Positions 63,364-64,000 of a stretch of DNA of 64,000 bases are shown piece by piece (within the stretch, counting starts at the first letter, position 1; each line of letters begins with the position of its first letter). The notes beneath the pieces were generated by a model. That model ran no database searches and was not told the origin of the DNA. It saw only the letters and a program-made list of their open reading frames with translations. This DNA is from Torpedo marmorata (Eukaryota), in NCBI GenBank assembly GCA_977017645.1, contig OZ360219.1, positions 254,634,001 through 254,698,000 of the forward strand, read 5' to 3'. The translations under genes and the position numbers were made by a program.

Positions 63364-63631
63364 ATATTAAATGTATGATTAATTATCTGTTTGGGGGAGG
63401 TGGACTCATTGGGACTTTTTCCGAAGCCACCACCACTTTAGCGGTTAAACCGCTTCTCGAGCGACGGAGGGGGGTAGCACTGGGATATATATACTCCAGT
63501 GTTAATTATGGGATGTTCTTTTTTCTTGCTTTTCTATCATTTCAATCTATCTGAGGAGAAAATATGTAATCGACGGATTAGGAGGGGTGAGTCGGCGGTT
63601 CTGACAGATAGAGAATGTTTAAAATTTAATT

Positions 63632-64000
63632 ATGGTTGATTCCAGAAGTATTAATTTTGTAAGTATTAATGTAAATGGGCTTAATAATCCAATTAAAAGG
63701 AAAAAAACTCTGGCATATATTAAAAAATTAAAAGTAGATATAGCTTTTTTACAGGAAACACATTTGACTGATAAAGAACATCAAAAGTTGAAGAGAGAAT
63801 GGGTAGGACATGTAGTAGCTTCGTCTTTTAATTCTAAAGCGAGAGGAGTAGCAATTTTAATCAATAAAAAATTACCATTTAAAATACAATCAGTAACGAT
63901 GGATATAGCTGGTAGATTTGTTATGGTGCATTGTCAAATTTATTCAGAAACATGGACTTTTTTAAATTTATATATTGTAAACCCAGAGGATGAACAATTT
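63632..64000 (+). CDS. L1 ORF2 N-terminus (APE endonuclease), truncated by window end
   Basis: MVDSRSINFVSINVNGLNNPIKRKK..DIAFLQETHL..KARGVAILI..GRFVMV..LNLY; 123 codons, no stop. Confidence 0.92.
   Translation, partial: MVDSRSINFVSINVNGLNNPIKRKKTLAYIKKLKVDIAFLQETHLTDKEHQKLKREWVGHVVASSFNSKARGVAILINKKLPFKIQSVTMDIAGRFVMVHCQIYSETWTFLNLYIVNPEDEQF

Larger units (their letters stand above)
61850..64000 (+). mobile_element. L1 clade LINE, 5' part, apparently young; continues beyond the window
   Basis: Intact ORF1, 268-nt spacer, open ORF2 start; 5' boundary approximate (follows a decayed CR1 piece at ~61700-61845). Confidence 0.92.

Noticed and set aside
63420-63480. Twister ribozyme suggested by GGAGGG followed by a pairing strand
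   Set aside because: Lacks the UAA cleavage loop and the conserved loop-4 sequence; kept only as a generic structured spacer.

Overview
Eukaryotic, repeat-dense vertebrate DNA. The repeat inventory (HE1-like V-SINEs, CR1, Rex1/Babar, Neptune-type Penelope) points to a cartilaginous fish; this taxon call is an inference. The only host coding sequence I recognise is a 49-nt minus-strand exon at 43212-43260 encoding MNRPIQVKPADSESRG, the end of RRM1 of a CELF3-6 family RNA-binding protein (most like CELF4). The window therefore appears to be two very large introns around one small exon. The rest is layered mobile DNA: nested CR1 and Rex1 LINEs, two hAT elements, a Tc1/mariner MITE, a Chapaev3-like element and a solo LTR (each with target-site duplications). 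It also holds a near-complete Penelope-like element plus 3' fragments carrying hammerhead-ribozyme motifs, two minisatellites, and an L1 with intact ORF1 running off the right edge. Most notable: a shared non-canonical minimal hammerhead (U3 core, extra A) in three Penelope copies; a three-copy ORF-less GC-rich element with YY1 motifs and a Rex1-type tail; all Rex1 copies lying antisense to the host gene; and promoter motifs inside L1 ORF1. Boundaries without a stated TSD are approximate. No database searches were run.
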